Of a stretch of 34,069 bases of DNA, positions 1 to 11,975 are shown piece by piece (position 1 is the first letter of the stretch; the number at the start of each line of letters is the position of its first letter). Below the pieces are notes generated by a model. It ran no database searches. It had not been told where the DNA came from and worked only from the letters and a program-made list of their open reading frames with translations. The DNA is from Nemertoderma westbladi. Taxonomy: Eukaryota > Animalia > Xenacoelomorpha. The translations under genes and the position numbers were made by a program. The stretch lies in assembly GCA_032718475.1 (NCBI GenBank), contig JAUCBJ010004952.1, positions 1 to 34,069 on the forward strand, read 5' to 3'.

Positions 1-1
1 T

Positions 2-1216
2 CTCTGCTATCTGGACAGGGATATTCTCTTGGACTGTTCCACCGGGTACAGGCAGTGTAGTACTATGTAAAGGGAATTTAGAGTTAAGCTCTGGAAGTAC
101 AGGGGTCTCTAACACAGAAGTGACTTTGGGAACGACAGGCCTAATTATTTCAGGCTCATCAACTATTGTAGGAAGTCTTTCTATTTTAACCACCTGGTCT
201 ATGGGTTCTGTACTACCTAAGTTGGTGTTATTTAGTTGCCTTCTAACAGCTGGAGGCAAATCAGGCAATTTATGACGGTGGGATGTTCTTCCACGTCTGC
301 TTAGACGAGATCTATTTCCTTTGCCTTCAGTATCTGTTGTATCTCCTTCATCAGAGGATGTAAATCCCTGTCTCTTGTAAGTAGTCCGACTTATCAGCTG
401 CATATCACTAGCCGTTATCTGTTTATTTAAGTAATCGCGCTTCTCTTGAAGATTCTCCAACTCTAGTTGGACCTTTTCTTTAGATGCCCTCCGTTCCGCT
501 TCGGCCACTGCTATTGCCGCTGTCTTTCTGTCCTCTATCTGTTTTTTCTTCAACTGTTGTTCCCATTCTCTAACGATGCGGATTCTTTCATCAATTTCCG
601 CTCTATTCGCTGCCAACATTTCCACATCTATTGCGTCCAACACAAACTTGGCTCCTTCACTATTGGGGGAAAGTCCAGACAGTCGTCTCCTCAACTCTTC
701 GTCTCCTAAGAATCGCTGATAGTCGGATAGGTAGATGTCAATGGCGTCTCTAGTTCGCGGCTTCTCTGCTGCTGTTAATTCGCTTTTCACTTCGCTTTCC
801 ACTTGAGAAGAAGTGGCGTCGGTTGATTCTTCATAGGTTGGCCGCTCATCATAAACCGTATCCGCCATCTCCGCTCTGCGTTCGGGCGTCCGCTCAACAG
901 TATCCGAACTACTGGAGCTATCGGGCCGCTGAGAACTAGGTTCTTGGCTAGGATGTTGCTGCTGATTGACAGCTGCTTCTTGATCCCGCTTGACTTGGGC
1001 CCGAGTGCCGATGATAGACCTACGTTGTTCTACTAGCCTAGGGTCTGACACTACTACTGTAGGGATGGCCTTTCTTACAATAGTAGGTGACTTAGACTTG
1101 GATCTAGGATGTTCTATACTTGGATCTGGGTCACTGATCTTTTTAAGGCACTGTCTAACAGTCATTCTAACACTTTCTAAGAGACTATCCGACAGTGATT
1201 GGGTTGTGTCTGACAT
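2..1216 (-). CDS. Partial ORF (>=405 aa, runs off the window), Ser/Arg/Pro-rich with a coiled-coil segment; probable Gag/ORF1-like protein of a retroelement
   Basis: Hand translation from the ATG at 1216 (MSDTTQSLSDSLLESVRM...AIDVEMLAANRAEIDERIRIVREWEQQLKKKQIEDRK...KEKVQLELENLQEKRDYLNK...NIPVQIAE) is open to the window edge. It is absent from the ORF track, presumably because it has no stop inside the window. The product call is inference from composition and context only. Confidence 0.6.
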   Translation of the reverse strand, partial: MSDTTQSLSDSLLESVRMTVRQCLKKISDPDPSIEHPRSKSKSPTIVRKAIPTVVVSDPRLVEQRRSIIGTRAQVKRDQEAAVNQQQHPSQEPSSQRPDSSSSSDTVERTPERRAEMADTVYDERPTYEESTDATSSQVESEVKSELTAAEKPRTRDAIDIYLSDYQRFLGDEELRRRLSGLSPNSEGAKFVLDAIDVEMLAANRAEIDERIRIVREWEQQLKKKQIEDRKTAAIAVAEAERRASKEKVQLELENLQEKRDYLNKQITASDMQLISRTTYKRQGFTSSDEGDTTDTEGKGNRSRLSRRGRTSHRHKLPDLPPAVRRQLNNTNLGSTEPIDQVVKIERLPTIVDEPEIIRPVVPKVTSVLETPVLPELNSKFPLHSTTLPVPGGTVQENIPVQIAE

Positions 1217-2430
1217 GTTTGTTTACACAGTTGAATGCCTACGGCTATAAATACAGTTAAAGCAAGTCTAGCAATTTAGTATCACTGTTAGTCTAGTACC
1301 GGTAATTACAGTATTAGAATACCGGTATATACTTATAGTATGTATAAGTATTGTAAACTAGTTTTGTCACAGAGTACCGGTATATAAATTTAGCACAAAT
1401 ATATATAAATATATATAATAAGCCTATGGTAAGTACCGGTATGTCAATTATTTTTTAGAATAATTGAATTTCTGAATATTTTAGGGTTACTTGGTTACTT
1501 TAACTTACTTTATTACCGTTATTTAAGCAGTAGTCCAACTGATAGTGAGACCTAGTTGTTGTATGACAGGCCTACTATTTATAAATCGTTTGAGTTGATT
1601 TATAATATTTATATATCCGTTTATATGGGTCTTTTGTCAATATTTGAAATAAATGCTATTATTTCTGGGGGAGTCACTACACAGAAGCTGAACGCTCTCA
1701 GTGAAGTGCTATTTATTTGACACTAAAACTGATAATTCTAATTTACCTAAGTTACTTAATACTACAAATTACTTACTATACTGGTGAGATTAATTCTCTA
1801 ATTAAGCGCAACAAAATATTACGTACGAAATTTTTAGGGTAATTTTACAGGAAGTCTACAACCAGCCTAACAAAGGGTTAGATTTCTGGTTATTACAACG
1901 GACAGGGTACTACGGTATTTGAAATAATAAGTAGTAGTAAATATATTGTACTGTCCAGATAGGAAAATACCACCGCCTGACGACCTATAACCGTATCGCT
2001 ATAGGTACTACGTTATGTATCACGGATTGTTCCTACCCAGAAGCTAATAGAGCTAACGAATGTGCCTATCAACCACTTTACAACACAAATATACTACCTA
2101 CACTAATTACTTCGGAAAGCACTGTACACTAAACCCTAAATTAGGTACAAGTACCGGTATAACAAATAATCAGTAGTTAAATATACTTGAACAGTTAAAA
2201 GAACCACGGCATCTGCTGGAGTGACCGAAGCACAAAATCTCCAGTCTTTACCTACGCCAAGCAGCCCTGATGTAGTACCGGGGTTAGTTTAACTATAACG
2301 GTATGTATAACAAGCACAATTACTGTAGGAATAAACTTGGGGACATGAATGTTGCGAATAATCGCATAAACTCTGAATAATAAATATTACGCTACCCGTA
2401 CAGAATACTCAAACAAATACAAACCAAACG

Positions 2431-2960
2431 CTGGCAGACTACTATTAAGCCTAAACAAACTACAGTATGTGCAGATTCTGAAACTGTTAGTTAGTATGCG
2501 TTCTAACACGGTAGTACGACTTACTCTTTAAGAGGGGATTGACCTTACCGCTTATGGCTGCCCCAACTTACTAACGGCACTTGATCAGACCAACTCTACA
2601 CACGCAGCAATCCCTTCAGACCTAAAAATAGCTAGACAACAATCCAGCCTACAAATATTTGAGTAATAACTATTACGGTACCTGAACAGACCACACAAAC
2701 AAACACAGGCTAAAACACTGGTAGACTACGATCAAGCCTAAATAAACTACAGTATATGCAGACTCTGAAACTGTTAGTTAGTATGCGTTCTAACACGGTA
2801 GTACGACTTATTCTTTAAGAGGGGATTGACCTTACCGCATATGGCTGCCCCAACTTACTAACGGCACTTTATCAGACAAACTCTACACACGCCGTAATCT
2901 CTCCAAACTCAACAACAGTCAGACAGCAGCTCAGCCTACAATTATCTGAACAATCTGAGC
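2431..2960. repeat. Diverged tandem duplication, period ~287 bp, in the long non-coding region upstream of the 1216 ORF
   Basis: The block ctgaaactgttagttagtatgcgttctaacacggtagtacgactta...gaggggattgaccttaccgc occurs at ~2478 and ~2765. Confidence 0.9.
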
Positions 2961-4489
2961 AGGGTCACACGCCTTCTGCTCAATATTAGCCTACTAGGAA
3001 ATAAAACCGACAGAAATAGGTAAAATCTCAATAAAAATTCAGGGCTGCAGTCCCTGATTAAGTACTAAGACCTACCAGTATACAATAATCAAATCGAATA
3101 ATACTAAATGTACTTGTACAGCAGTACCGGTACCGGTGATGACAGTTAGGCCTACTGACCTACAAAGTACCGGTTCAGTTTTACCAGTCACTACGGTATT
3201 TTGCAACCTTATTGCCTACTGCAATAAGACTATAAACTGTTACTGTTCGCGCTTTTGAAGACCTTTAGCAGTTTAACCTGCCAAAATTTATATGTCTTTT
3301 AGTTAATTAAAACACCTTTAGCATACGACAACAATTTATGCTAATACACAAAACATTAGCCGAAGTCAGCCCATGCGCGATCATTCACCCGATGGATCTA
3401 CACCCGGGAGGCTGAATTCGGATGCTTAAATTTTATTATTGCAGTGTAAGGTTGCAGCGTAAACTTACTGTATTATTCGATAGATCGTTAATAATTAATT
3501 CCTGACAGATATTATTGGCTTTCGGGAAATATTAACAGTTCCTTTAGGACGTGGCGCTTTATCTATTTAAACAGAACTAAGACTTATACTAAAACGCAAC
3601 GATACTGCTTATGATTGAAGTATAAAGCGTATTCTTTAGGAAATACTTTGTTACCAATCACAATCATACACACTATTCTGCCGACCGTCAGTATATTTGA
3701 TCACACATAAAGAGAGCAGCAATTGACTCACGTAGGGTCTGCTAAATAACATTGGATTCAAAACACACCACATTAATATAAATCGCAATTGTTATGTATA
3801 GCCGGTCTCTCTAACCTGTAGTGTATCAAGAAAATTGGGAATTTGGGTGATTTATCCGTATTATCCAAAGAGCAATATTTCCATCAACAAATAGGTACAA
3901 TTAATAACTGACGGTAAAATAACAGTACAAACAATATGATTAATGCAATTAAATTAAGTGAGCATGTTAATTAGTGAGTTATTGAGATTAGTTAGGGTAA
4001 CAGTTTATACTTTCGATAATTTAAGCAGTTTTACTAGAGTTCTTCCCAAAAAGCCGGTGTTTCTGGCTTAGACAGCAATAACAACAAAGTATCAAGTAAA
4101 AACAGTAAGACTGAACACTCTCCTTATGATCGGCCGAAAAGCTACACGTCGACAGGAAAAATCGCTCTGATTGGCTCAAGCCAAACAAAGAACCATGCGT
4201 CCAATGGCTGTTTCCATGTCAGCAACCAGCTGTTAGATGTCGTAATATGAATCATCACGGCTAAGCTGTGAAAGGTAGTTGGTTCATTGCAGGTTTTTTG
4301 CCTTACCGTGTCCGCCAAAACACGTATATAGCAGAATGACTTTTATGTCCGTTAAAACACCTGTAACGGTACCTTGCGGGCGAGGGGAATATATATACAG
4401 TTAGAGAACCTTTTTAGAGTATTCCAGCGCCTGGGGGGAAACTGGATTGCGAAGCAAAAGGGGCCAGTTATATCCCACAGAAGCTTTTA

Positions 4490-5947
4490 CAACATGTTTC
4501 TGTTAATAATAATACTAAATAAACCATTCACTGAAAAAATATTACATGTTTCTGTTAATAATAATACTAAATAAACCATTCACTGAAAATTATTACATAT
4601 TTATGTTACTATGTTGCAAATTTCATCTACGCCGTTATTGAAAAATTCTACAAAAGTATCAAATTTACTTCCTATGTATTTGTTTCTTACATTGGCCATT
4701 CGAGGGCAATCTTGTAAAACGTGTAATTCGGTTTGCAAGTCGTTGCCGCATGAGCAAAGAAGCTGTTCGCGGGGGGTTCGCGACCAACGGCCCATCTCAA
4801 TGCGGAGACGATGTGAGCTCAATCTAAAACGAGACACATTTACTCGTTTATAATCGGGAATGTAACATGAGCTTTTACAGTAAATTGCATGCACAGTTAA
4901 CTGGGGATTTAACTCTGTGTATATTTTAAACTTACTTTTAATTGTGGCCATTTCTAGTATATTATTTTTAACCTTTACACGACTATTATTAACTATATCC
5001 CTATGATTATTCACAAGCCCATCTAAAAATCTATAATAGGGCGTGTTTTCGGTTCTACACATGTCATAAATACGCCTCAATGGATCTGAAGCGTCCCAAA
5101 TTGACATCTGTTTGAGAAACGACTTTCTAATAGCGTTATCGATTACCGCGTCAACATCAGCCAAACCCAACTCCACTAAACATAGTAAGTTTGGCGTTGT
5201 AATTTGTACATTTAATAAGATTTTGACCAAACGTATATACACATTACGTATTGGTTTCCTACCTACAGTGGAAAGCCACGTATCAGATGAATACAAAATG
5301 GAAGCCAGTATTGCACAATTAAACACTTTCAGTTTTAACTGAAATGGCATGTTACCGTCAACGGCACAGAAAATTGAGAATTTTCGTACATGTTTCTCGC
5401 ATTCTTTTGCATGGTATTGCAAACATGGTGACAATTTACCATCCTGCGTAAATATAGCCCCGAGATACACATAAGTATCTGTATTTTTTATCACATTGCC
5501 TTCAGCACATAAAGGTTCTCTGTCTGCGTGGCTACCGTTTATCACCATAAACTTTCTTTTATCTACATTAATAATCATATTATGCGCTTTACAGAAATCG
5601 TGCAAAATTTGTAGCTTTTGCAAACAACGTTGACGGGTAGAGGCAAAAATAGCGGTGTCATCCATAAAAAGTAAGGCATGGATAGTAGATAAATAATCGT
5701 TACTACTACACAAGTTATTAAACAATATAATTAATGCATCTATATATAATGTAAACAGGAATAAACTGGATGGATATCCCTGGCGGACGGACGCCTGTGC
5801 TTACATTTATATCGGTGTGATTTAGCTGTAGGTATGTATGCCTATATACCGCGCGAATTGCGTTTATCATATTTAACCCGCATCCGAGTGATATAAGTTT
5901 ACTTATAAGGATTACTCTTGATACCCTGTCGTATGCTTTGGATTCGT
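4490..5947 (-). mobile_element. 5'-truncated non-LTR retrotransposon (LINE, probably CR1/L2-group); C-terminal half of the RT ORF
   Basis: ORF 4601-5725 has the catalytic LLFMDD, YVYLGAIF, ILYSSDTW and the C-terminal RFRLSSHRLRIEMGRW..CSC..ELHVLQDC. The frameshifted upstream part (5726-5947) reads SKAYDRVSR...TGVR/QGYPSS...LFTLYID. The 3' boundary is approximate. Confidence 0.88.
4492..4599. repeat. 52-bp tandem duplication at the 3' end of the LINE
   Basis: acatgtttctgttaataataatactaaataaaccattcactgaaaa starts at 4492 and at 4544, just past the LINE ORF stop. Confidence 0.9.
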
Positions 5948-6136
5948 CTACCCGTCGTATTCTATCTCCTCACATTCTCTAAAGTTCCTTGCGACCCTCT
6001 CAGCCCTCTCTTTATTCTCTCTCGCCAGTTCTCTCTCTCTTTCCAACAACGCAGTTCCCTCTTCCAACTGCCTCTCCAACTCCTTTTGGTCTAGCGCCAC
6101 CATATCCAACTGGCACGCCAGATCTATTTCTAACAC
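5948..6136 (-). pseudogene. Short coiled-coil-like ORF fragment, probably a frameshifted continuation of the host ORF ending at 6142
   Basis: E/R/L-rich heptad-like sequence (QKELERQLEEGTALLERERELARENKERAER) that ends at the LINE 5' junction. Confidence 0.35.
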
Positions 6137-6141
6137 CCTTC

Positions 6142-9100
6142 TTACTTTTGCGGAGGATGTAGCGGACTTGTCGGTCGCCTCTCCGTCCTACTAACTTTCC
6201 CCCGCTTTCTGGGGTTCTCGCTAACCGACGAGACCGAATCCTCGGGGTTAATCTCGGATTCGCCCTCGTGCGGGTCTGCCCAACCCACTAACTTAATTCC
6301 CCTAGCATCCACTAAATACGGCCCTATGTATACAACTTGGGGCTCCATAATCCCGGATCGCCACAGTTCAAATAGTTCGGTGGCGACCCCCCTCGCTCTC
6401 TCACTGGCTAGTTCTCCCTGCCCAAAGCGAACTAGGTATTTAAAGTGTTTGTTCGACTCTACTACTACTAGGATCGGCATGCTGCATTGCAGCTGCATTT
6501 TTAAGAATGCTGTGCCGGCTTGTCAACAAAATTGCACCGCCACAACTCCCTATCACCCATGACATTTGCTAGATCATCCGCATCTTTAAGGCCAGTGTCC
6601 TTTAAGATGCGTCTCAAGAAAGTCATGGGCTGTCCACCATGCTTATTCACTCCATGAGGCTGCCAAAGTACAAGATTATGCACTGGCTTGTCCTCACGGC
6701 GAAAGCAATGTCCTGCAAAGCGGAGGCGATTTTGTTCTAGTGTCAAGCTTGGGGGAACCAATGAGACACCTCCAATGTGATATAGTGTCTGGTTGGAGAT
6801 GTGTGCATTGTACTTGACACAATGAACCCGGCGCAGCATTCTTGTGAAAGTGCCATCCAGAGATTTGGTGTCCTCAGCAGTTAGAGCCCAGCATGGACTC
6901 CCATAGAGGAGTACTGGAACTACTGCTGCTCTAAATAATCGGACCTTAAGTTTCCGATTAATTCTCGGTGACTTCCAAATCCTGGAAAGCCTATTCAAGG
7001 CTGCCCATGCCTTTCCCGTACGTATTCGAAGGTCCTCACCTGACTTCCGGATCCATGATCCCAGGTAACAGAAGTCGTCCACATGCTCAAGCATACCATC
7101 CTTTGAGCTTATGCTCATCCGATCAGAGACTTGCTGAGGACTTTCAAAGTTAACTGTCAGAAGTTTGGTCTTTCTGGAGTTAATAAAAAGACCAACACTA
7201 GAAGCAGCATGTTCTAATGAGCTGAGGAGCCGTTGAGCTCCCTCTAATGATTCTGAGAGTACTCCTAAGTCATCAGCAAAGTCTAGATCAGTTAGGTACT
7301 TGGCAGGATTTCCTCGACTTCTGGAGCCAGTAGGTGGAGTTATCATCACCCCATCATCATTATAATGATCTAAGGACATGCGTAGAACATAGTCAACCAC
7401 AATAATGAACAAGAATGGTGCAAGTGTGTCTCCTTGGAGGACGCCCCATAACACTTCAAATGGTTCTGTGTCACCGTCAACAGTAGAAACAAATGTTGTC
7501 GAACCATCATATACTGATCTGATTCCTGCAATAATCCATCAATAAATCAATAATTCATCAGGAATCCCATATAATGAAAGTATGATGAACATACGTGAGC
7601 GAGAGACTGAATCAAAGGCCTTGAAGAAGTCAACAAAGATAACAGCCTGTCTTTCTTTTTTGATAATTCTTCAATTATCCTTCTAAGTGCCAAAATGGGT
7701 TCCATGGTCCCACGACCTGTACGGAACCCATTCTGATTTCCACGGAGCAGTCTCTCAATGGGATCCCTGATGCGATTTAATAGAATCCTATTGTATAGCT
7801 TTGCAGCAATCGAGATCAATGAGATTCCCCGAAAAGAACCATAGAGTGTTAGGTTGCCCTTCTTGGGAACTGGCACCAACTTATTCGTTTTCATTTCTTG
7901 TGGGACTCTTGTTGTTCGGTACATGTCTACTATGATGGGATAGATGAGCTTTAAACACTCAGGTATTTTAAAGACCTCAGGGGGAACACCATCTACTCCA
8001 CTGGCACGATTGGTCTTAATGCTCTTTGCAGCAGCCTTCACTTCTGCAAAGGAGATATCGCCAATGGGAATATCTGGGAGTACAGACTCAGACACTTTTA
8101 CTTCTATAAAGTTATCAGGCAATACCCTGTCATTATTGAGGAGCTTTTCAAAGTGGGCTTTCCAACCATTGAGGCGATCGGCTGGTGATTCAGCCTTAAC
8201 CTTGGTGGTTGGTTGGCTTTTCCGCCCAGTAAGCAGATTGATCGATTTCCATGCCTGGGATGATTGCCTGCTGTCGTCAGCATCATTGATGGCATCAACC
8301 TGTTGGTTTATTAGCTCCTGTAGATTAGCAGAGTACTGCCTGTTCAGGGACCTAGATGCAGCCTTAACTGCATTCTTGGCCGCTGTAGTCTGTTTGAGTC
8401 GGGACTCTTTCTGTGCCTTATGAAGGTCATTTCGGCACTTCTGAATTTTGTTGTCAGTCCAGGGGGCCCTTTTCCTGTTTCGAGGGTATACAGGAACTGT
8501 TTCTGCAGCTGCTAACTTAACTGCTTCTGTAAAGGCAGTATAGCCCTCACAGTGATCTGCCGCCTCAGAGGCAAGAGCCTCATACCTGTTGCTCAGCTGT
8601 AGTGTGAAGCTGGATCTCACACTTGGCTTTTGCAACAGAGAGGACCAGTCATGCCGCGGCAAGGCAGATTTCGTTGTTCTGCTAGCACGCAGACTAAGTC
8701 TTACCTTGGCCACAATATGTTCGACATCGCTTGGGATGCAGCTTGTTCGACTCACCTAGTTGCTGGTTTAACTTCCCTGGATCTATCTTTACACCCTCTC
8801 TCTCTAGCCTCCTTGAGTTGTTTCTTGGTTGCGTTGTAGGCTCGTCGGAGCCAGTCGCTGGTTCCGACGTCCTCATCCCGATCTCTCCTCCTCCCCTCCT
8901 GGTTCGGCGTCGTACCGGCGGCCCCACCGTTGCGGTTCCGGTGGGCCGTACGTCGCCCTCGGCCTGTGGCTGGCCGGCGACATTGGTACGTCGTGCGCCG
9001 TCGTGTGTCGACTCTTCCTCTTGCCCTGGTAGACGGCCGCCCTCCGCCTGGGCTACCAGATCGTTCCTCTCCGGCGAGTCCGGCGTTGCGGGTCGATACC

Positions 9101-9191
9101 GTCGCGTTGCGGCCTCGCGGATCATTTCGTTCGTATCGTCCCGTGTCCGCGGCGGTGTCATCTCTCCCTCGAGGTTTCGGGTTTCGCTCAT
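6142..9191 (-). pseudogene. Host ORF (251 aa reconstructed) of an unclassified element, split by the RTE insertion
   Basis: Removing 6460-8742 and one TSD copy joins ...KLNQQLGESNK (track ORF 8694-9227) in frame to ESNKHFKYLVRFGQG... (track ORF 6142-6498). ATG at 9191 (MSETRN). Confidence 0.75.
6460..8742 (-). mobile_element. RTE-like LINE, 5'-truncated and frameshifted, with a (TAG)n tail and an 11-bp TSD
   Basis: RT motifs ASGVDGVPPE, VPKKGNL..FRGISL, QNGFR.GRGT, (frameshift) GVLQGDTLAPFLF, LDFADD, FCYLGS, VPVLLYGS, RLRFAGH. The 3' end is ...gcatgccgatcc(tag)n. TSD TTGTTCGACTC at 6449-6459 and 8743-8753. Confidence 0.93.
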
Positions 9192-9772
9192 CTTGTCTCT
9201 CCTTTTTTTCTGGTGGCTGGCAGTCACAGTTATCTAGGTACTCGGTAACTTTACTGGGTCAGTAGGCGACTTTAATACTGTGACGGGATCAGGGGATCCC
9301 GACCGGTTTGGTTTATTTACGCGTCGCCTCACGGTTAAGAAAACAGTTGGATATTGTTGTTCCAATATTGTTAATAGAGTTCGATAATATAATATATAAT
9401 ATAGAGTGATAGCATGAGATAACTGATGCAAGGTTACCGGTAAATGTTGTGATACAGTAATAATTGGTGACGGCGGTGACGGTGTTAAAGTGTCACCGTA
9501 CTGCCCTGAGTGACTGAGATAACTGAAATATGATATGGATACTGACTGGTAATATATTGATTACCTACTTTACTTGTGGCCTTATTACTTAGCGGATGCA
9601 GTTTCTTTGGCTCTGATTGGCTAATAACCTAATTCTCGGCTCCCACCTCTGTGGGAGTGTTCCCCCCCCCCCCCCCCCTCCCCGCTGCTGTCACTTTCCT
9701 CTCCTGGAGGTTTAACCTCTGACCTCCCTTTGTGTGGCCCTTCGGGTTTGTTGTCCCGTTTATTTGGTGTGT

Positions 9773-9805
9773 GATACGAGGTTAATTGGGGATTAACCTC
9801 GTATC
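9773..9805. repeat. Perfect 14-bp-stem hairpin
   Basis: gatacgaggttaat-tgggg-attaacctcgtatc. Confidence 0.85.
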
Positions 9806-10000
9806 CCCAATATTGCTAAAAGGTGCCGTTTCCCAATTTTATGGGGTGGTTGGGCGGAATTGAATCCGCTCACAGTTCGGAGTCTGTCTAGTCTCCTGTT
9901 CTCTCCTTGGTGGTCGATGTTGTCTAGGTTGTTCTACTTCCACACTGGTCCGTGATCTATCTGATGATCGCGCTTAGAGTCGCTCTTCAAGTTGAGCTAG

Positions 10001-10324
10001 TCAGTCCGCCACAGGTCGCATTATTTCGGCGAGTCTGTTAGTGCTAATCGTCTCAGTCAGTTGTAACACAGGTTTCTGGACAGGTGTTTCTCGTGGAGGA
10101 ATGTCGATGTACTGATTCATAGATCTCTCCTCTAGTTTGAAATCATCCGCCGCTCCAGTATGGAATATTTCTCTCTCCGTCGAGTCCAAGTCGCTAGATG
10201 AGTCGCTGTCATCCGGATAAGGTGGTTGACGGGTTCGCGTTCGACGTATTAATTTTGGTCGCGCTCGTCGTGGTTTGGGATCTACGGCTCTCCGTTGTTC
10301 GGTAGGCTCGCAAGCCTTCCACAA
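10001..10324 (-). pseudogene. Arg/Ser/Pro-rich ORF fragment, probably the decayed downstream part of the 11975 ORF
   Basis: Same strand and composition as the neighbouring ORF; non-ATG start; overlaps a short tandem duplication at ~10295-10435. Confidence 0.3.
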
Positions 10325-10651
10325 AGTCGTAGTTCTCGTTAAACGTGGTTCGATCCTGTGGGTACTACCCTCAAGGTTAGTCCTTCATTGTTCGGTAGGC
10401 TCGCAAGCCTTCCACGAAGTCGTAGGTCTCGTCGAACATTGTGTCAACGGTCGAATAAAATGGTCGGGTTTCGTAGTCGGTCTGTAAATGACTGGGTTCG
10501 CACAGCACGTCACAGATTTAACTGCTAACGGCTTACTTACCTGTTTAATTGTCATAAATGCAGGTTCCTCTCTTCCTACAAGTAGACTACAACTTACTGT
10601 AGGTGGACTATTTACTTTACCTGCTAAAATTGGCGATGAAGTTGCCCTAGG

Positions 10652-11975
10652 TTACGGCATTTCCGTCACAACAAACCTGTTACCTTGCGTCGAACGCACA
10701 GGTGATATTTCTTTAGGTTTCGTAACAAAGACCGGTTTTATCCGAGTTGTAGGTTTGAGCATAGGAATCACTTGTGGAAAACGTTTACAGTAATCCTCGA
10801 CGAACTCCTCTCCTCGATCTATCGCTTCCACACTTCCTTCCTCGATTCGCTTCTGAATCCCGCGGTATCGAGTTTCTATGCGATCCAGGGCAGACAAGTC
10901 ACGACCAGCTCGAGATCTTATAGATCCATCTCTTGCGTCGAGTTTGAGGTCCGCTTGCGCATTCGCTGCCTCGTGCGATCTACGATATAGTTCGAACTGT
11001 AGTTGCATCTCCCTTTCGCGTCGATCTGCTACCTGTTGTTGTGCCGCTAACTCCACTTCTTGTATAGCTAATCGAGCGTTTATTTGTCTCGCTTCCAACT
11101 TGGCACGAGCGTCGGATGCTGCTTTCTTCCATGCTAACTCTGCTGCGTTTACCGTCGCTACTACTAGGATCGGCATGCTGCATTGCAGCTGCATTTACCG
11201 TCGCAACTCGTGCTAACTCGTCGCCTGCAGCCGCCGCTGCCGCTTCTTGCGCCAAGTCCCCCTCCAATCTTCGCATTTCTGAGGCTTTGAATTCGGCTTG
11301 AGCCTTGAGTTTCGCAATTCTTGCCTCATCCTCTCTATGTTGCTTCTCTCCCTCGATGGCGATCTGTGCCATCTGCCGTTGCGCTTCTTCCTCGATGACT
11401 TGTTGTCGGCGTGCAACCTCCTGTTGTTGTCGAGTAATTACAGACGCTGTTCTACTAACGTCGCCAACGTCGCTCCGTACACTAACGAACGATCTATCCA
11501 GTGGTGGAATTTGGTAGGCTTGCAAGCCTTCCGTAGTTAAAACTTCCGTCGTCCCTCGCAGTTCGACTTCCGGTTCTTCGATCGGTACGCCGCATCTACG
11601 AAGAAATGTGGTGAGTGTCTCCAACCTCCCATCCAGGCAATAGAGTTCTTCTTCCTCTTTGGGTTGCAACAACGCGTCCAAAACTGACTCACCTAGCAGT
11701 TGGTCGAACTGCTCCTGTTGAGCCAATCTTATTACTGACTTAAACTGGATGAGGCTTTCTCTCGCACTTACCAACTTATCTATTATCTTTACCTGAGTAA
11801 AGTTGTCGCCACGCAACTCTGCAAGTTCGTGTAAACCTTTAAGTTTATTTACGGAAGCATGTACCCTACTTTCTATCCTTACCTGTAAGGTGTAGAACTC
11901 ATATCTTGACATCGGGGCAGTTAACTCGCGTAAAACGCGAAAACCTTCTCCGAGGTTCCGAGTAATCTGGGCCAT
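10652..11975 (-). pseudogene. Long coiled-coil Gag/ORF1-like ORF (425 aa reconstructed), frameshifted by a 46-bp insertion
   Basis: Track ORFs 10980-11975 (...GDELARVATVN) and 10652-11194 (..VATVNAAELAWKK..) fuse in frame when the 35-bp insert plus 11-bp TSD is removed. A degraded upstream extension with stops seems to start at the ATG at 12235 (MSDTPH). Confidence 0.7.
11159..11193 (-). mobile_element. 35-bp extreme 5'-truncated copy of the same RTE-like LINE
   Basis: tactactaggatcggcatgctgcattgcagctgca is identical to the RTE 3' end at ~6463-6497. TSD TTTACCGTCGC at 11148-11158 and 11194-11204. Confidence 0.92.

Noticed and set aside
4480-5960. TSD for the first LINE
   Set aside because: No matching direct repeat was seen at the two junctions, so its insertion boundaries are unresolved.
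6142-6498. A gene family starting MQLQCSMPILVV (also 10652-11194)
   Set aside because: The shared N-terminus is just the RTE 3' tail read into two different host ORFs.
7944-9265. Plus-strand ORFs overlapping the RTE and host ORF (and similar antisense ORFs at 467-1250, 10275-11540, 25280-25908)
   Set aside because: Antisense shadows of real minus-strand coding sequence, with no motifs.
9961-9990. Hammerhead ribozyme core (CTGATGA), here and at other CTGATGA/TCATCAG sites
   Set aside because: No properly spaced GAAA or flanking stems were seen.
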